DNA of 64,000 nt from Geosiphon pyriformis uo1 (GCA_016748015.1 JAAOMT010000040.1:248001-312000), one strand, 5' to 3'. Counted from the first letter of the stretch, positions 12,422-26,515 are shown. Translations and numbers: made by a program. The notes: a model not told the origin generated them from the letters alone.

Positions 12422-13286
12422 TGTTACTCATAGAAATATAAAAAATGTATTAGCATAATTATTAGCCAATCAGAAGTAAGCATAGTAAATGTGGAATTTT
12501 AGGATTCCTCTCAGGAATTGCAGGATTCCAGAAATTTCAGGATTCCCAATGAGGAATTACAGGATTCCAGAATTCCAGGATTCCTCTCAAAGGAATTGCA
12601 GAATTCCAGGAATTTCAGGATTCCTGTCATAAAGAATCGAGGAATTGAGAAATCTCAATTATATATATATAGCAGTAATATTAGAAACAGAAAAGAGAGA
12701 ATTGATACCACAGAATTCTTAGCCTAGAAACGCAATCATCAAATAAATAATTATTTTATATCTCCATCCACCTCCTCACTATTAACCCTTCATGTTGATA
12801 GTAATTGATACTTGATCATGCTAGAACAATAGCTCTTGATCATGGCTATTGACAGGATACTAATTTGCAAATTGCCTTGGCTTATTTCTTTGCTTTCTTT
12901 ATTTTCTTTTCTTTCTTTTTCTTTATTTTATTTTGATTTGTTGTTATATACTAATTGATAAAAAATTAAGTGCTGAGTTATTAACGTCAAGAATAGCCTG
13001 GTAAAAGACCCAGAAATATGAGTAGGATTTTATATATTATCAGATAGCTTACCAAAAAGGCACAACTGCCAGACTAAATCTGGCCACCACACTGAGAAAG
13101 AAATTGGGAAAACTCTTGAAAAATATATCTACTATCGACACTATTGAATCTCTGTTCATTATACAAAAGACTCAACCAAAATCTTCAGATACAGTATCTT
13201 CAGAACAGCCTCAATAGAAGTAGTTTTTGAGTACCAAGTTATGGATTTGTTATTTAATTCAACAGCAGAAATAATCACTTATAACA
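12422..13286 (+). repeat. Element B 3' LTR
   Basis: Same length as the 5' LTR; differences are almost all A/G or C/T. Confidence 0.97.
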
Positions 13287-16200
13287 TCATCTAGGTAGAC
13301 TACTACTGATTTCCAAAGGATTCCTTTGTATACTACATCCATTAAGCGTTGAAATATGGCAGAAGCATTACAAAGTCCAAAAGGCATTACATTAAACTCG
13401 AAGTTTTTGTCTCGAGTGGTAAATGCTGTTTTTCCTTTGTCTTTGGGGTCTATTTCAACTTGCCAGTAACCACTTGCTAAATCTAATGACAAGAATCATT
13501 TCTTTTTCCCTAGATTGTCCAGAAATTCCTGGATGAGGGAGTGGAATAACTATCTCCTCATATGATGCTATTTAGTTTTCGATAATCTACGCAGAATCAC
13601 ACTTTTCTGTTTTTCTTGGTGACCAAGACTATTAGCGAGGACCAAGGGCTTAATAATTCTTTAATTAGGCTGTTATCAAGCATCTGTTGCACTTCTTGCT
13701 TAATTAAGTTATCACCAGATGGGGGTATATGGTAAGCTCATTGCTTAATTGGTCAAGTGTCTCTTGTATCAATCTGATGCTTCATAATGTCGGTGCGTCT
13801 AAACTCATTTTCACTGGCAAAAACATCAGCATACTGATTTAGAAGAACTTTGAGTTGCATTTGTTGCAGGGTACTTAAATTTCCTAAATTCAATTTATTG
13901 ATTTCTTCTGGTGTGAACAAGTAACTTTCTTTTGGCAAATTCTATACTTGTAAGGTAATATTACAGAATAAGAATAATTGTGCGAAATCTGGAATGGACT
14001 GGGGTTTTTCAGAATTCTGACTATCTGTGGATATGGAACTGACGAGAGTCCCTTCGGGAATTTTAATGGCATCTTCTGTTAGGTTGTGGATGGAGATTTT
14101 GAAGTGTTTATGGACTTTGGCCAGTAGGTATAGATTAGCAATATTGGCTAGGGAACAGATTTTGGGACTGGCTTCGAATAATAGGGCTTGATCTTGGATC
14201 TTTTGATTCACCTTGAGGATGTATTATCGGTATGGAGGAATGGAGATGACGGTGTCGGTGTGGATAAATTCTACCTGGTTACTGTCTTCCTCCGTGAAAT
14301 TAACTGGTACGTTTTCTCTTCCACTTGATCCAAACCCATTGATTCCTCAGACAGTGAGGCCTAACTTTTCTCGGGTTGTTATCAGGATTAATTGGGGTAT
14401 TTTGACTAGGGATAGAAAGATAGCTTGGGCAATCTTTTCTTGTAATTCTATTTTGTAGGGTCTGTTCGAATTGTTCTATAGCATCACAATGATGTTTCCC
14501 ATGTAACTGGCATCAATAATTCCTACTTTTATGTTGATTTCTTTCTTGGCTAGACTAGATTGAGAGACAACTTGTACCATTGTACTAACAGAAATTTCTA
14601 ACGCTATCTTAAGATCTATTTTTACAAGGGAATATGGGGCTATAATGATGAGTGATTGTCCAGAGTATTGTAGATTGAAACCAGTATCAGTGTCATGTGC
14701 TCTTTCGGAGCAGATTCCTTCCTTATTGTCACTGTACCATTTTAGCTCTAGTTTTTTGGATAGGTTGGGATATGCAAGATACTGTTCTGTTTTGGTATCT
14801 TCAATTGGATCTTGAAACAACATGTTCTCGGTGATCAATACCTCTTCTTCGGGTTTAGGTAGTTCAGTGATTAGAAACAGTATTCTTGGAGGTGGATTGA
14901 ACATGAGATCACATTCATCCCAGTACTGGAAATGACAGGGAATCAAACAGTGATCACATAGTTTGGTATTCAAATCGGCCAACCTTTGCTCCTGTTCCTC
15001 ACGAGTTGGGGCCAATTCCTAATATCAGTTCTGAAATGCATCTGGGTCATCTGTAAAAAAATCATCCTCAAGGTAGTTGGGTCCAGTATATTCAGACATT
15101 CAAGAGTTGTCCTTAATTTCTCGTATTTCTTCGGGCGTGGTGCCTTTGGTCTTGGCACTTGCCATTCTCCAGATTTCATGGTCATTGTGTGGATAACCAT
15201 CTAGCCTGTTGAGTGCTCGTTTCTAAGCATCCTCAATGGGGGTTTCCTTTCGTACCCAATTATTAATTAATATGGTGTATTGACAAGCCTCGTCACATGT
15301 TCCTCCTCTGCCAGGCACATCATTCCAGAGTCCTTTATCTGACAGGATTTCGTCACATGCAAGGCATGGCATGTGGTCCCACTTGCCTTGTTGTTTTGGT
15401 CGTCCAAATCTTTCCAGTAAACAAGACCTGCAATAGTATTTGGTGGTGGTGGGCTATTCTTCGTTGTCTCTGATACATGTGCCCATAGTGGATAGTTTTT
15501 TTCCACAATCAACACATATTAGTTTTGGGGGTTGGTAAAATAAGTTTCTTTGGTCCGAGGTTACATATCCTAATGATGACAATTGGGGTTCTTCTTCGGC
15601 TCTGCCTTTTTTTTTTCTTCCCAGGTTGGTGGTGGAGGTAGTTTAGTTTGATAATCATCTGTTCATAAAACCTAATAGGTCTCGATGGTTGGTGACATTG
15701 ATGTGTCTTTGAATTCAATAAGGGGTTCCTTAGTACGTTGGTTTTTAAAGTGTTCACACATAGCTGGGACTTGGGCATGCTGTCCGTTGAACATAAGTTT
15801 AAGTTCTTAGGTGTTCCAGTCGAGAGTAGCATTGGCTTTTAACAACCAGTTGTTTCCTACTAAAGCTTAATATTGAGTAGCTTTCATAACGAGTACTTTG
15901 GTAGGGATTTGGATTCCATTAATCTCGAAGAGGAAGTTGTCAATTTCTTCTATCAGGGTTTTTGTGTTCTCATCTGCTGTAATGATCTGGGTGGTAGCGA
16001 CACAGTCTACTCAGCAACCTAGTTGGTCCATGAGCTGCTTCATGATTATGCTACTAGCTGATCTGCTATCCAGGATTAATTTAATGTCTATTCCTCCAAC
16101 TCTGGCATCAGTGTATAAGGCCATTATTGGTTTATCCTGATTGATGGCTGCTCCACTAAAAAGGCTATGTGTGTTCAAATTATCGATGTCAAAAAAAAAT

Positions 16201-18270
16201 ATGGCAGCTAAGGTGGTGTCTTCAGTAATAGTAGCTGGTGGGATATTGCTTTTTGTTTGCTTGGAAGGTTGGAAGATTTATTCTATATTCTCCTCTTCCA
16301 TAGGTGTAGATTTATCAAAACCCTGGTCTTCCATAAGACCGAGATAGGAAGCTTGATTTGGGTATCCAGTTGGTGTTGGTCGAGATTGGGCAGGACTGCG
16401 AGGGATTGGTCGAGACGGTCCACTGTTGGTTTGCACCTGATTGTTGTTGGAATTCCTCCATTCCTGATTATAGTTTATAGCTCGAGGTCTGGATGGGCTG
16501 TAAGGGGAAGTTTGATAGTAAGAGATTGCTTGTGTTATTGGTGGTGGTTGATAATAATTCTGGGGTGGTGGTTGAGTGTACGGGACTTATTGTGCATATA
16601 GAGGTGGTTGATTCTAAGGTATGGAATATTGGGGTACTATGTTTTGCTGATATCTGGATTGCTGGTATGGGTTTCCTTGATTTTGGTCCATGATCTTCCT
16701 TCTGCAGTCACGGGCGATATGTCCAGGTTTCTGGCAATAGTAGCAGTTGCGGGGATCGGATCTTCAAGGTTGTTGCTGTTGCTGACAGTTCTGTTGTTGT
16801 GGATATCTGCTATTATTGTTATTTTTTCTCCATTGGAGTGGTTGGTAAGTTCCTGTAGTTCCAGCTAAGAATCTCTCAATTTTCTGAGTTAGTTTCTTAC
16901 TCAATTGGGTTATCTTTGCATCAATGTCAGAGGTTTTATTAATGGCTAAATTAATGGCTTGGGTATGGTTTGCTTCTTGTTCTGCAGACTCAAAATTGCA
17001 AGCAAAAGTGACGGCGTCTTGTAAACTGGTCAGATGGCAGGGTCTTATGGATCTTAGAATACTACTCTGCAATCCTTTAATGAATTGATTAAGAACTTGC
17101 GCTGTGGTGTAGTAGTTCTTTTTGATAGCTAATATTTGATACAGGATTTAATTGAATTGTCTGAAATAAGTAGTTATGGCTTCGTGATCTTTTTGTTTAA
17201 TTATGCTGAATTGATTCTGCAATCGGATTAATGTATTGGGGTCACAGAAATGCGAGTTTAAACTTGGTAAAGGAGGTAGGCTTCTCTGTCAGGCTCTGGA
17301 ACCATAAATTGGCGGTTCCAGTCAGAAAAAACAGCAGTGCCTGAACTGTGTGGTTGTCATTCCAACCGTTAGCAGTAATTGCTTTCTCAGCATTCGTGAT
17401 CCAAGAATATGCATTATCTTCTTCACCAGAGAATTTTTCCAATTTAGCAATATCCCGGTAAGCCATGATCCGGTTAATGGGTGGGGTGTTACTGGTTATG
17501 TTTAAAGGGATTGGTGTCCGCGTATTTGAGTGTTCTCCGGGTGCTAATGCTGGTTGCTTTTCTTTGTCACTTGAACCAATAAATTGTAAAATAGCTGTTT
17601 CTTCTATTAGGGGAAATGCTGATTCTGCTAGGTTTTGTGCTGATGGCTGTTTTCAAGTTGACGGGTTTCCTTCTGTTTGACTGGCTGTTGGGGTAAGATT
17701 TCCAAACAGCGATCCGTATTTTTCTAGTAATTTGGTCCAACTGTGTTGATTCTAAGGGTGTGGATTTCCAGAAGTTCGTGGTATTTCCAACTGGGTTTCT
17801 GGGGGTGAGTTGAATACAATTCTACTTTGGGGTGTCTGATGGTATGATAGAGTTGTTGGGGAGAGGACCCTTGGTTTCTTATTGACCATGGACTTGGCTT
17901 GGGCAGTTACAGGGTTGTTGGATTCATTTTTGTATTCCTCAGGGTCGGATTCCACTGGTTGTTGTACTTGAGGGAATCATTGTGCCATGTAATATTTAAT
18001 GTCTGTATCAATTATGCACAGAGTTTCAGCGATTACTCAGGTAGTCATGGCTGTTGAGTACTCTAGTAAGCTTTGATGGATTTGTTCTCCAAGTCTTCCT
18101 GTATCAGTTGCATGGCCTAACAAGCAATCAATTTTTGCATTGATATAATTACAAAAATCACTTTCTGCATAAGTGGTTCTTGCTGGTATTCCTAGGTCTT
18201 TTCGAAAGTATTGAAATAGTGCTTTTCTATACAAGGAGTGGTCCTTTCCTATTGTTCCAATAGTCACCAC
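13287..18270 (-). pseudogene. Element A Gag-protease-Cys-rich-dUTPase-RT(N) polyprotein
   Basis: MAYRDIAKLEKFSGEED capsid start (17466), zinc knuckle, protease, CDHCLIPC motif, ERAHDTDTGFNL dUTPase, LDLASGYWQV, VVYLDD. Confidence 0.9.
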
Positions 18271-18313
18271 TTTTATGTATTTTTGGAGGTGCTCTGTCTC
18301 TGTGGATTTATAA

Positions 18314-18330
18314 CCTCACAAAGAGCACCA
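18314..18330 (-). promoter_or_regulatory. Primer binding site of A
   Basis: Minus strand TGGTGCTCTTTGTGAGG, 2 nt after the LTR end; same type as B. Confidence 0.85.
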
Positions 18331-18332
18331 AA

Positions 18333-19423
18333 TGTTACAGGTAAACTTGGTGGGTATGAGAAATGGTAATGTTTGGTGCTCTCAATTATTGATGATGCAT
18401 CTTCCGTATAATTCTGTTGGCTTAATCTTGATTATCAGTTTCTGAAAGTCTATTCCTAGATGTGAATTTTACTCATTGAGTTCTTTGGTTATAAGACACA
18501 GAGTTTGTTTTTCGTCAATTACAACGTTTTTCGTAAATATGAGCTTTCTTCTCCGAGCTAACGAGTGTAGTTGTTAGGGTCTGGCATTGTTTTTTCGCCC
18601 TTCTGGTAAGCTAACAAGATAATATTAATATCCAAAACTTAGGAAGAGCTTCCTTTTTTTACCAGGCTATTATGAAGTTTATTTCCAGACAGTTGATTTT
18701 ACTATGTTGCCACTTCACAAAAAATTAAGACAGAAAAAGAAAGAAAAAGAAAAAGAAAAGAAAAGAAAAGAGAAAAAAGATAAATTAGTATCATTAATTG
18801 CCATGATCAAGAGTGATTGGTCCAAATTGTTAATAGATTCGAGGTGGTTATGCTAAGAGCATCTGTTCTAGAACGGAGGTATGAGACAAGAGTTAATTCA
18901 TGTAAATTTTACAAAGTTCGAGAACATGAATTTGCAATTCTAATTTCTTTTAATAATTGATTTATTTCAGAAATGAAATAAAGAAGATAATAAAGGATGA
19001 AAGAGTATGAATATTTTAATTTCTGGTTTAGAGGTTCGTATCTATTTTTTTTTCTGTCTTTTCTCACTTCTACAACTACTTGCTTTTATACATTTTTTTG
19101 GTTTTATAGGATTGCTTTCAATTGTTTTGCTATTGCTAGCTATTGCTTTGTTGTTTCTGTTATTGCTTCGTTTTTTTACGTTATCACTAGTTATCCTATG
19201 TTATAACATATTATCTGACGTTATTACATGTTATTCTGTGTTATCCTGCGTTATAACACGTTATCCTACATTATTGTGCACTATTCTGTGTTATCCTGCA
19301 TTATAACACGTTATCCAACGTTATAACGCATTATCCAATGTTATTGTGCATTATTCTGTATTATGTCACGTTTTTGGTCACATTTCTTCATAACTTTGGA
19401 TCAGTTTTTCTACTTGGGTAACA
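18333..19423 (-). repeat. Element A 5' LTR (about 1090 bp)
   Basis: TGTTAC/GTAACA termini, adjacent PBS, shared U5 motifs with the B LTR; the right boundary abuts the gag of element C. Confidence 0.88.
19178..19372. repeat. 10-bp tandem array in U3 of the A LTR
   Basis: About 19-20 degenerate units of (C/T)GTTATnnnn, e.g. cgttatcctg, cgttataaca. Confidence 0.88.
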
Positions 19424-22400
19424 ACATTTCTATAATACTTTAGCAATTACAACAATATTAATTAGTTATTAACTAGTTTTATCACAATTAAACAAAACAA
19501 TACAAAAGCAGTTACTACTTACTTAAGATGCTTTTACAAAAATCTACACCAAATTCAGACAATTCAAACTGACTACTTTATAACAACACAAATTCTGAAT
19601 TAGTTTATTTACAAATTATGCAGTAGCTTGTTACAATAAATATGTTTAATACATCTAAATACTCTTTAAAACACAATAACTCACACCAAAGATTTTGAAT
19701 TGGCTAAACTCAAAGCCAATTGTACCCAAGCCATTAATCTAATAATGAACAAATTATCTGAATTGGATACCAAATTAAAGCAATTTGGTAAAGTTATTAA
19801 TCAAAAAATTAAGAAATACTAAGTTAATAATCAAGTAATTTATTAATTTTCACAATATTGTAATAATTAAGAAAACTTCAATTATTTTCAAAATCAATTT
19901 TGTTTATTATTTTTATTAGCCAACCAATTATGGCAGCAAAAGATACATATTTGCCACTACTGTAATAAATAAAGATATTTAAAATTAGACTATTATGCAA
20001 AATTAAATAACCAACAATCAAAAAATCAATATTGAAACTTCAATTACTAGTTCTAAACTCCAAATTATACTCTAAATTAAGAACAATATCAATCTTATTA
20101 CATCTTAATAATGCAACAATCAATATATTTATCTTTGGTATATTAAACTTTAATATCAGTCATCTATTAACTACAGTTACAAATTATTTATCAATCACAA
20201 TTAATTCAAACATCATCTCAAAACTTAGTTCAAATGCCAATCAACAACCAAAGACCAAGAATTACTTACACACAACAGAATTGAAGATTGGCAATAATAA
20301 TGTATCAACTAATCCTCAATTTATCAAATCAACTATTAGGATTATACTAGTGAAGTTCAAGAAACACATACACCAAAAACCCGAATTTTTAAAGCTATTT
20401 AAGCTTCTTAGTTATTTCAGAACCCAACTTATTTAACAAATTAGAAAGCCCAACAACACTACTTATTAACAATATTTTGTCAGCTATTGTTATAGAGAAC
20501 AAATTACTTATAGCCATATTTTTCTTTAAAATAGAAAAATCAACAATGTTACTTTTATTCAGTAGAGCTATTTTTAATGCCAAACCTATTACAATTATGT
20601 ATACAAATATCAAAGTTAATGGCCATTCTATTAAACTAATTTTTAATAGTGATTTAGTAGGCAGTATTATTATACAACAATTTATAAATCAATTAAGTTA
20701 CCAAGTTAATCATGCTGCCAGCACCAGAATTATCATAGCTGATAAAGTAACAAAAACTTCCATTGGTAAAATCAATGACTTTTTGTTTGAAGTCAATGAC
20801 ATTATAGCATTCATCAAAGTTTTTATAATGAAAGTTATGTAGTACCAAGTTTTTATTAGTAATAACTAGCTGTTTAAGACTAATGCTATACTCAATTAGA
20901 TTATATAGAAGCTATAGTTTAGTCAAAATAGTCAGTAAACTTAGGTACCAGCTACTTACAGACACTTTAAAGCTTCTTCAAAAAAGTAACTATTGATTAA
21001 GCTAAAAAAAAAGAAAAAAAAACTTGCCTAAAAAGTCTATTAAGTTTTGTGAACTAAAAATAAACACAATAAATTATTGCCAATACTTTTTTAGAATAAT
21101 AAACGAAAAAAAAAAGGACAATCCAAAAGCTATCACTGTTATTAAGAAAATAACCAGTAGCTGAAATAGATCATACTTTATGAATACAAGAAAAAAAACC
21201 ATTTTATATTCTACTAAAATACATTAATTATAAGAAAAAGCTTTTCTTTATGAAAGCTTAAATTTCATTAGATGAAAATTACTGGACATACACCTACTAC
21301 TATTGTAAACTATGTCATTGAAAATGTTTTGGTTACTCTAAATAACAAAGAATATATAACAATATTTTTGATTAAGAAAGAACATATAATATATTATGTC
21401 AATACATGATTTTTATTAATGACTGGGTGACCCAATAAACATTTTTTAACACTACATAGAACTAAACACTTTTACACTTGGATAGTTATTTACATGATAA
21501 AAACAAAATTTGGCAAATAACAAATACCAAAGTTAAAGACACTTTGTTCAATAAAATATTTGCCATCAAAAACAACCTACCAAAACCTGTTAAAACCATT
21601 CTTATTCTCAATCCAAATGTATTTATTGATATTTTGAACAATTCAGAACAATTTTACAAATACTACCAAGATTAGTATCTGTTAAAAAAGAGCAAAAATA
21701 GTATTTGAAACAGTTAAATACAAGATTTTATAAATATTACCTAATTTTTAATGATTTTAAATATTGTAATAATTGTAATCTTATTTATAATCCACTATTG
21801 TGCATAATCTATTCAATTTCTAAAGAAAAAAACCAATTAGCAAATGTGTATTGGAATCAAAATTAAAAATTAATTGCAATTCAAACTCTAATAATAATGA
21901 CAACAATAGTTTCAACTTCATTTATAATGGCAATAACAACAATGATGATTCAAACTCTGATTATAATTCCAAACAATATATCACACTTTCAGTTCTGTCA
22001 ATGGAGCAGAAATTAAAATAGTTTAGTGATAATAATAAAAATATTATACTAGAATATATACATAATACTAATGCAGAGTTTGATTTTAGATATTTAGGAA
22101 AAACTGTCATCAAATTAGAATCCCATTTGCATACCAGTATAAATTTGAAAATAGAACTGGAAATTTTAACAACAATAATGGTCCAATTAGTCTTTAAATC
22201 TAATTTAGTAAAAAAAAAGATTAATATCAGAAGAGAAATAATTAATATAAGATATATAGAAAATATTATTACAATATTATAAAACAACTTAGAAAAAGAA
22301 TACATAATTAAAATAAATAAAAAAATAGCACAGGCAATATTTCTGTCTTTGATTAAAATAACTTAGTTAGTATTAGTGAAAACAAGAAAAAAATTAGGAA

Positions 22401-25400
22401 TTACAACAAAAAGAATAAAAGAATTCAGATTAATGGGTAAAATAGATATACCAGTTAATATAACAAAAGAAGAAACAATTGATAAAGAAGAAATTATTTT
22501 TATTTATTAATTAATTTCTATCCCAGTATATAACTAGTATATATTAGTTATAAAAAAAAAATAAAGGATCAACTACAAATTTTTGAAGCAAAAACAAACA
22601 TTTGTAAATCAGGAGAAATTGGTATTACCAATTTCTATATACCAGCCAAAAACAATAGACACATCAAAATTTTAATATACAATACAATTGAAGATTCCAT
22701 AGAAATACCAAGTGGAACCACTATTGAATACTTAAGTACTAAAGTTGAACATTAAGTACTCATCACTATTTCAGATTTTCTACAACTTTATAAATATGTG
22801 AATATCACATTACAAACAATCTATGGACAAAAAAAGTGTTATTTGTTACAATCAAAACAGTTAAAGCAAATAAACTTGAGAAATTTAAACTCACTTCAAT
22901 ATATACAACTTAAAATGCTACTTAACAACTTTACTAACATTTTTGCCAATAAAAATGAATTTGGCAAAACTGATATTATCTAACACTAGATTAAAATTAA
23001 AAATATGATGTTAATTAAACAAAAAGCATACAGAGTATTACTAGCCAGCCATAAAATCATTTAACAAGAAATTAATAGAATGTTCAATAATAGATTAATT
23101 CAACTATCAATGAATCTATGATTATTATTAATAGTACTTGTTTGAAAAAAAAATGGAAAGATCTGCTTTTGTGTGAATTACCAAAAGCTTAACAACATTA
23201 TTCATGAAAACAGCTATCTAACTTTACAGATTTAGAAGTTATTTAATGCTTTTGAAAAAAAAAATGAGTTTTAACATTAGATTTAAATAGTGGTTACTAA
23301 CAAGTAATCATGAATTCAACTGACAAGAAAAAGACAGCATTTACAAACAGAAAAGAGAATTTCAAATTTGATATTATGTCTTTTGGCTTAACTAATGCTC
23401 CAGCTATCTTTCAATGGCTTATGAAAATTGTATACACCAGATTATTATAATAATTAGTAGTAGTCTACTTGGACAACACCAATATGTTCTTCAAAATATT
23501 TAATAACTATTTTTACTATTTCTAACAAGTATTTAAAAAATTAAGAAGAGCTAAATTGAAATTAAATACAACCAAATGTTTCTTTGGCAAAACTGAATTC
23601 AAGTTTTTGGAACATATTATAAGCAAAAATAGCATTAAAATATATTCAAACAAAATTGAAATAGTTAAAAACTTTTCAGTATCAACAAACTTGATGGAAT
23701 TAAAAGCATTTTTGGAATTTGTTAGATATTATTACTGCTTTATCCAAAACTTTTCCAAACTGGCTCAATTACTTTACCAGTTTCAACCAAAAAAAATTAA
23801 ATATAAATGAACTAAAACACAACAAAAAGCTTTTGACATCTTAAGAAAAAAGCTTATTCAAGCCTCAGTACTGATTTATTCAGATTATAACAAGCTATTC
23901 ATTATTATCACTAATGTATCTGGTTAAACATTGAGAGCTGTATTGTTATAAAAAAAAGTAAATAAATGAAAAAATTCAGTGGCATATACCAGCTGAAGTT
24001 TAAGTCCAGTCAAGAAGAACTATAAAACTTTAGCATTAGAACACTTAGCTATTTATTGGACTATTATCAAATAAAAAAATATTTAAGTCAAAAATTTGAT
24101 ATGTACACTAATCACAAAGAATTAACATCAATTCAGAAGCAAAAATTTGAAAATAATTGTTATACAAGATAAAAAATAGAATTATTACTATTTAATTATA
24201 CAGTATATTATAAAAAAAGAAAAAAAACAGAAATGCCAATGGTTTATTACAGATAAAACAAATCTAAACATTTTAATTCAAAAATATAACAAAAAATGAA
24301 CACACAAAAATATTAACAACTCCAACATTATATCAATACTCAACAGTTTAAGAAAAAATTATCTCAAAAAAAACAAAACAAAATAAAACAACAAGCAAAA
24401 TATTTTATCACTTACCAAAATATATTATATCAAAAAAGCAGAAAAAATTCAGACCAGTTACTCAAAGTAATTACAAAACTAAAAAAAAAAACAAGCAACA
24501 TTATTTGAACTTGTCTATGATAGAACAACAATATTACCAGTTAAGATAGATATTAATACATATTTAACAAAACCAATAACAGAAGCCAACTTTCAAAAAA
24601 CATTGCTGAAAAGAACATATAACTTAATAGAAATATTAGAAAACAAAAAGCAAACAGCAGCTAATAACATATAAAAGTCACAAAAAAAACAAAAAAAATG
24701 ACATAATAACCAATTACCAAATAAACCAGTTGAATTTAAGATTGAAGACAAAGTATTCTTATATTATACCAAAGCAAAAAAACAATAGAGTGAAAAATTT
24801 GATCCCAAATAAGATGAACTATTTTATATTGAAAAAATTCTAAAAAATAGAACTTATAAATTAAGATAGGACAACAAAATTTTAGCTAAAACAGCACATA
24901 GAAATTAATTAAAATCATATCACAATATAGTATTATTATTCACTAGTAATATTTTATAATTAGGAATACAACAAATACTAATTCAACCAGATAAAATTTT
25001 ACAAGATCTAGAACCAATTATAATTATTAATACCAACATATTAAATTGATATAACAGAAAGATATATAAAGAACTAACACAATATACATAACAAAAACAA
25101 CAATAAAAAGATAGAAATCCCAAATCATATTTATATAATAACTTAACAATTATTCTAAGCTATAAATTAACAACAATTAAACATAAAAATTATTATTAAT
25201 TATCAAACAATTTGCTATTAAAATACCAAAAGAGAAAAAAAAGCAAAAATTATTTTATATTAGTGAACATGAAACCAAATAAAACACTAGTTAGATAAAG
25301 TTATAAAAAAAATAAAGAACATTTTTAGAAAAATACCAATAACAATTCTAACAAAAAAGTTAATAAAAAAAACTGGAAACTATAAATAGAACAACTTCCA

Positions 25401-25567
25401 GTATTATATTATTATTATCAGTTGAGACAAAAGCTGAATATCTAAAAATTATATATTAATAAATTCAAAAGAATATTCAATCAAAAAATAATACAATAGA
25501 TTAAAGATTTTATTGGAAAGAAGACAAATTCTATACTATACATCAAAAAAATTTACTAACTACACAC

Positions 25568-26433
25568 TGTTACGGTTTAAGAAGTTAGCAAAAAGAATCA
25601 TAAAAATAATACAAACTATTCAATCATAATATAGCACAGTAATAATCTTAGAAAGGTAATGATTAACATAGTAGCAAACACCATCTCGCGATAGTGGCAA
25701 GCACCAGTTCACAATAGCAGCCAACACCAACTGGTGATAGCAGCAAGCACCAGGTTAAAATATCAAAAAGAAAGTATTTTCTTGTAGAACTACAAACATG
25801 TATATATACATTAGTTTTAATATTGGGAAAGAATCAATCAAGTAATAAAAATCATAACTTATCAAGCAATAGATCCAATTTTATCCAACAAACTCCACTT
25901 TAAATCATACTTTCAAATTAAATATCCCAAGAAACCTTTAAAATCAAAAAGAAATGAAAAAGAATATTTAAAACTGAACTATCACAACCCAAAGTATTAA
26001 GAAACTTACTTGTATTATTTATTGAATGAAACTATCATTCATCAACTGAATCCCTTGGAAGAATAATCCTTGATCAAGATTATTCACGTTGTTACTAATT
26101 GATAAAAGCTTTATTGTGAGAATTAGAAAAGCACTAAAGACCATTAACATTCTGTGTTTCTAGATTAGAGAAACACATCAAACAATTGCAAGGATAGCCT
26201 CAGAGAAGACCCCAGACAGTGGATAGATTTCAGTTCAGCCTCTGAGAAAGAGTACATAAACACACACAACAATCAAGAATTAAAGAATAACTTACATCGC
26301 AACAGTAAAAAGAAAGCCTTCAGTGTAACAGTGACATTATCACACAAATAGAATTGAGGAACTCACGAAAGACTGATTGCAATTAAAGCAGGATATCAAC
26401 AATTAAATATAACAAGAAAACCATCCCGTAACA
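25568..26433 (+). repeat. Element D 5' LTR (866 bp)
   Basis: Matches 35469-35628 and 36609-36948; four 23-bp repeats ATAGYRGCMARCACCA at ~25668-25755. Confidence 0.95.
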
Positions 26434-26435
26434 TT

Positions 26436-26451
26436 TGGTGAACCCTACGAG
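26436..26451 (+). promoter_or_regulatory. Primer binding site of D
   Basis: TGGTGAACCCTACGAG after the LTR; complement ...GGGTTCA-CCA resembles a tRNA-Trp 3' end (inferred). Confidence 0.8.
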
Positions 26452-26515
26452 AAAAGAAAATCAAAAAGGAAATAATAATTAGCAATAATTCATTGCTAAA
26501 AAGGAAAAGACAAAA

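Larger units (their letters stand above)
2820..13286 (+). mobile_element. Element B: full-length Ty3/Gypsy-type LTR retrotransposon (inactivated), nested in the RT of A
   Basis: Two 865-bp LTRs, PBS, PPT, complete domain set; 4-bp TSD TTGT/TCAT (ancestral TCGT). Confidence 0.97.
1..19423 (-). mobile_element. Element A: Ty3/Gypsy-type LTR retrotransposon, degenerate, interrupted by element B (2820-13286); 3' end lies left of the window
   Basis: 5' LTR 18333-19423 with TGTTAC..GTAACA ends, then PBS, gag zinc knuckle CYYCQKPGHIARDC, protease, dUTPase, RT, RNase H, integrase. The RT reads through across the B insertion. Confidence 0.93.
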
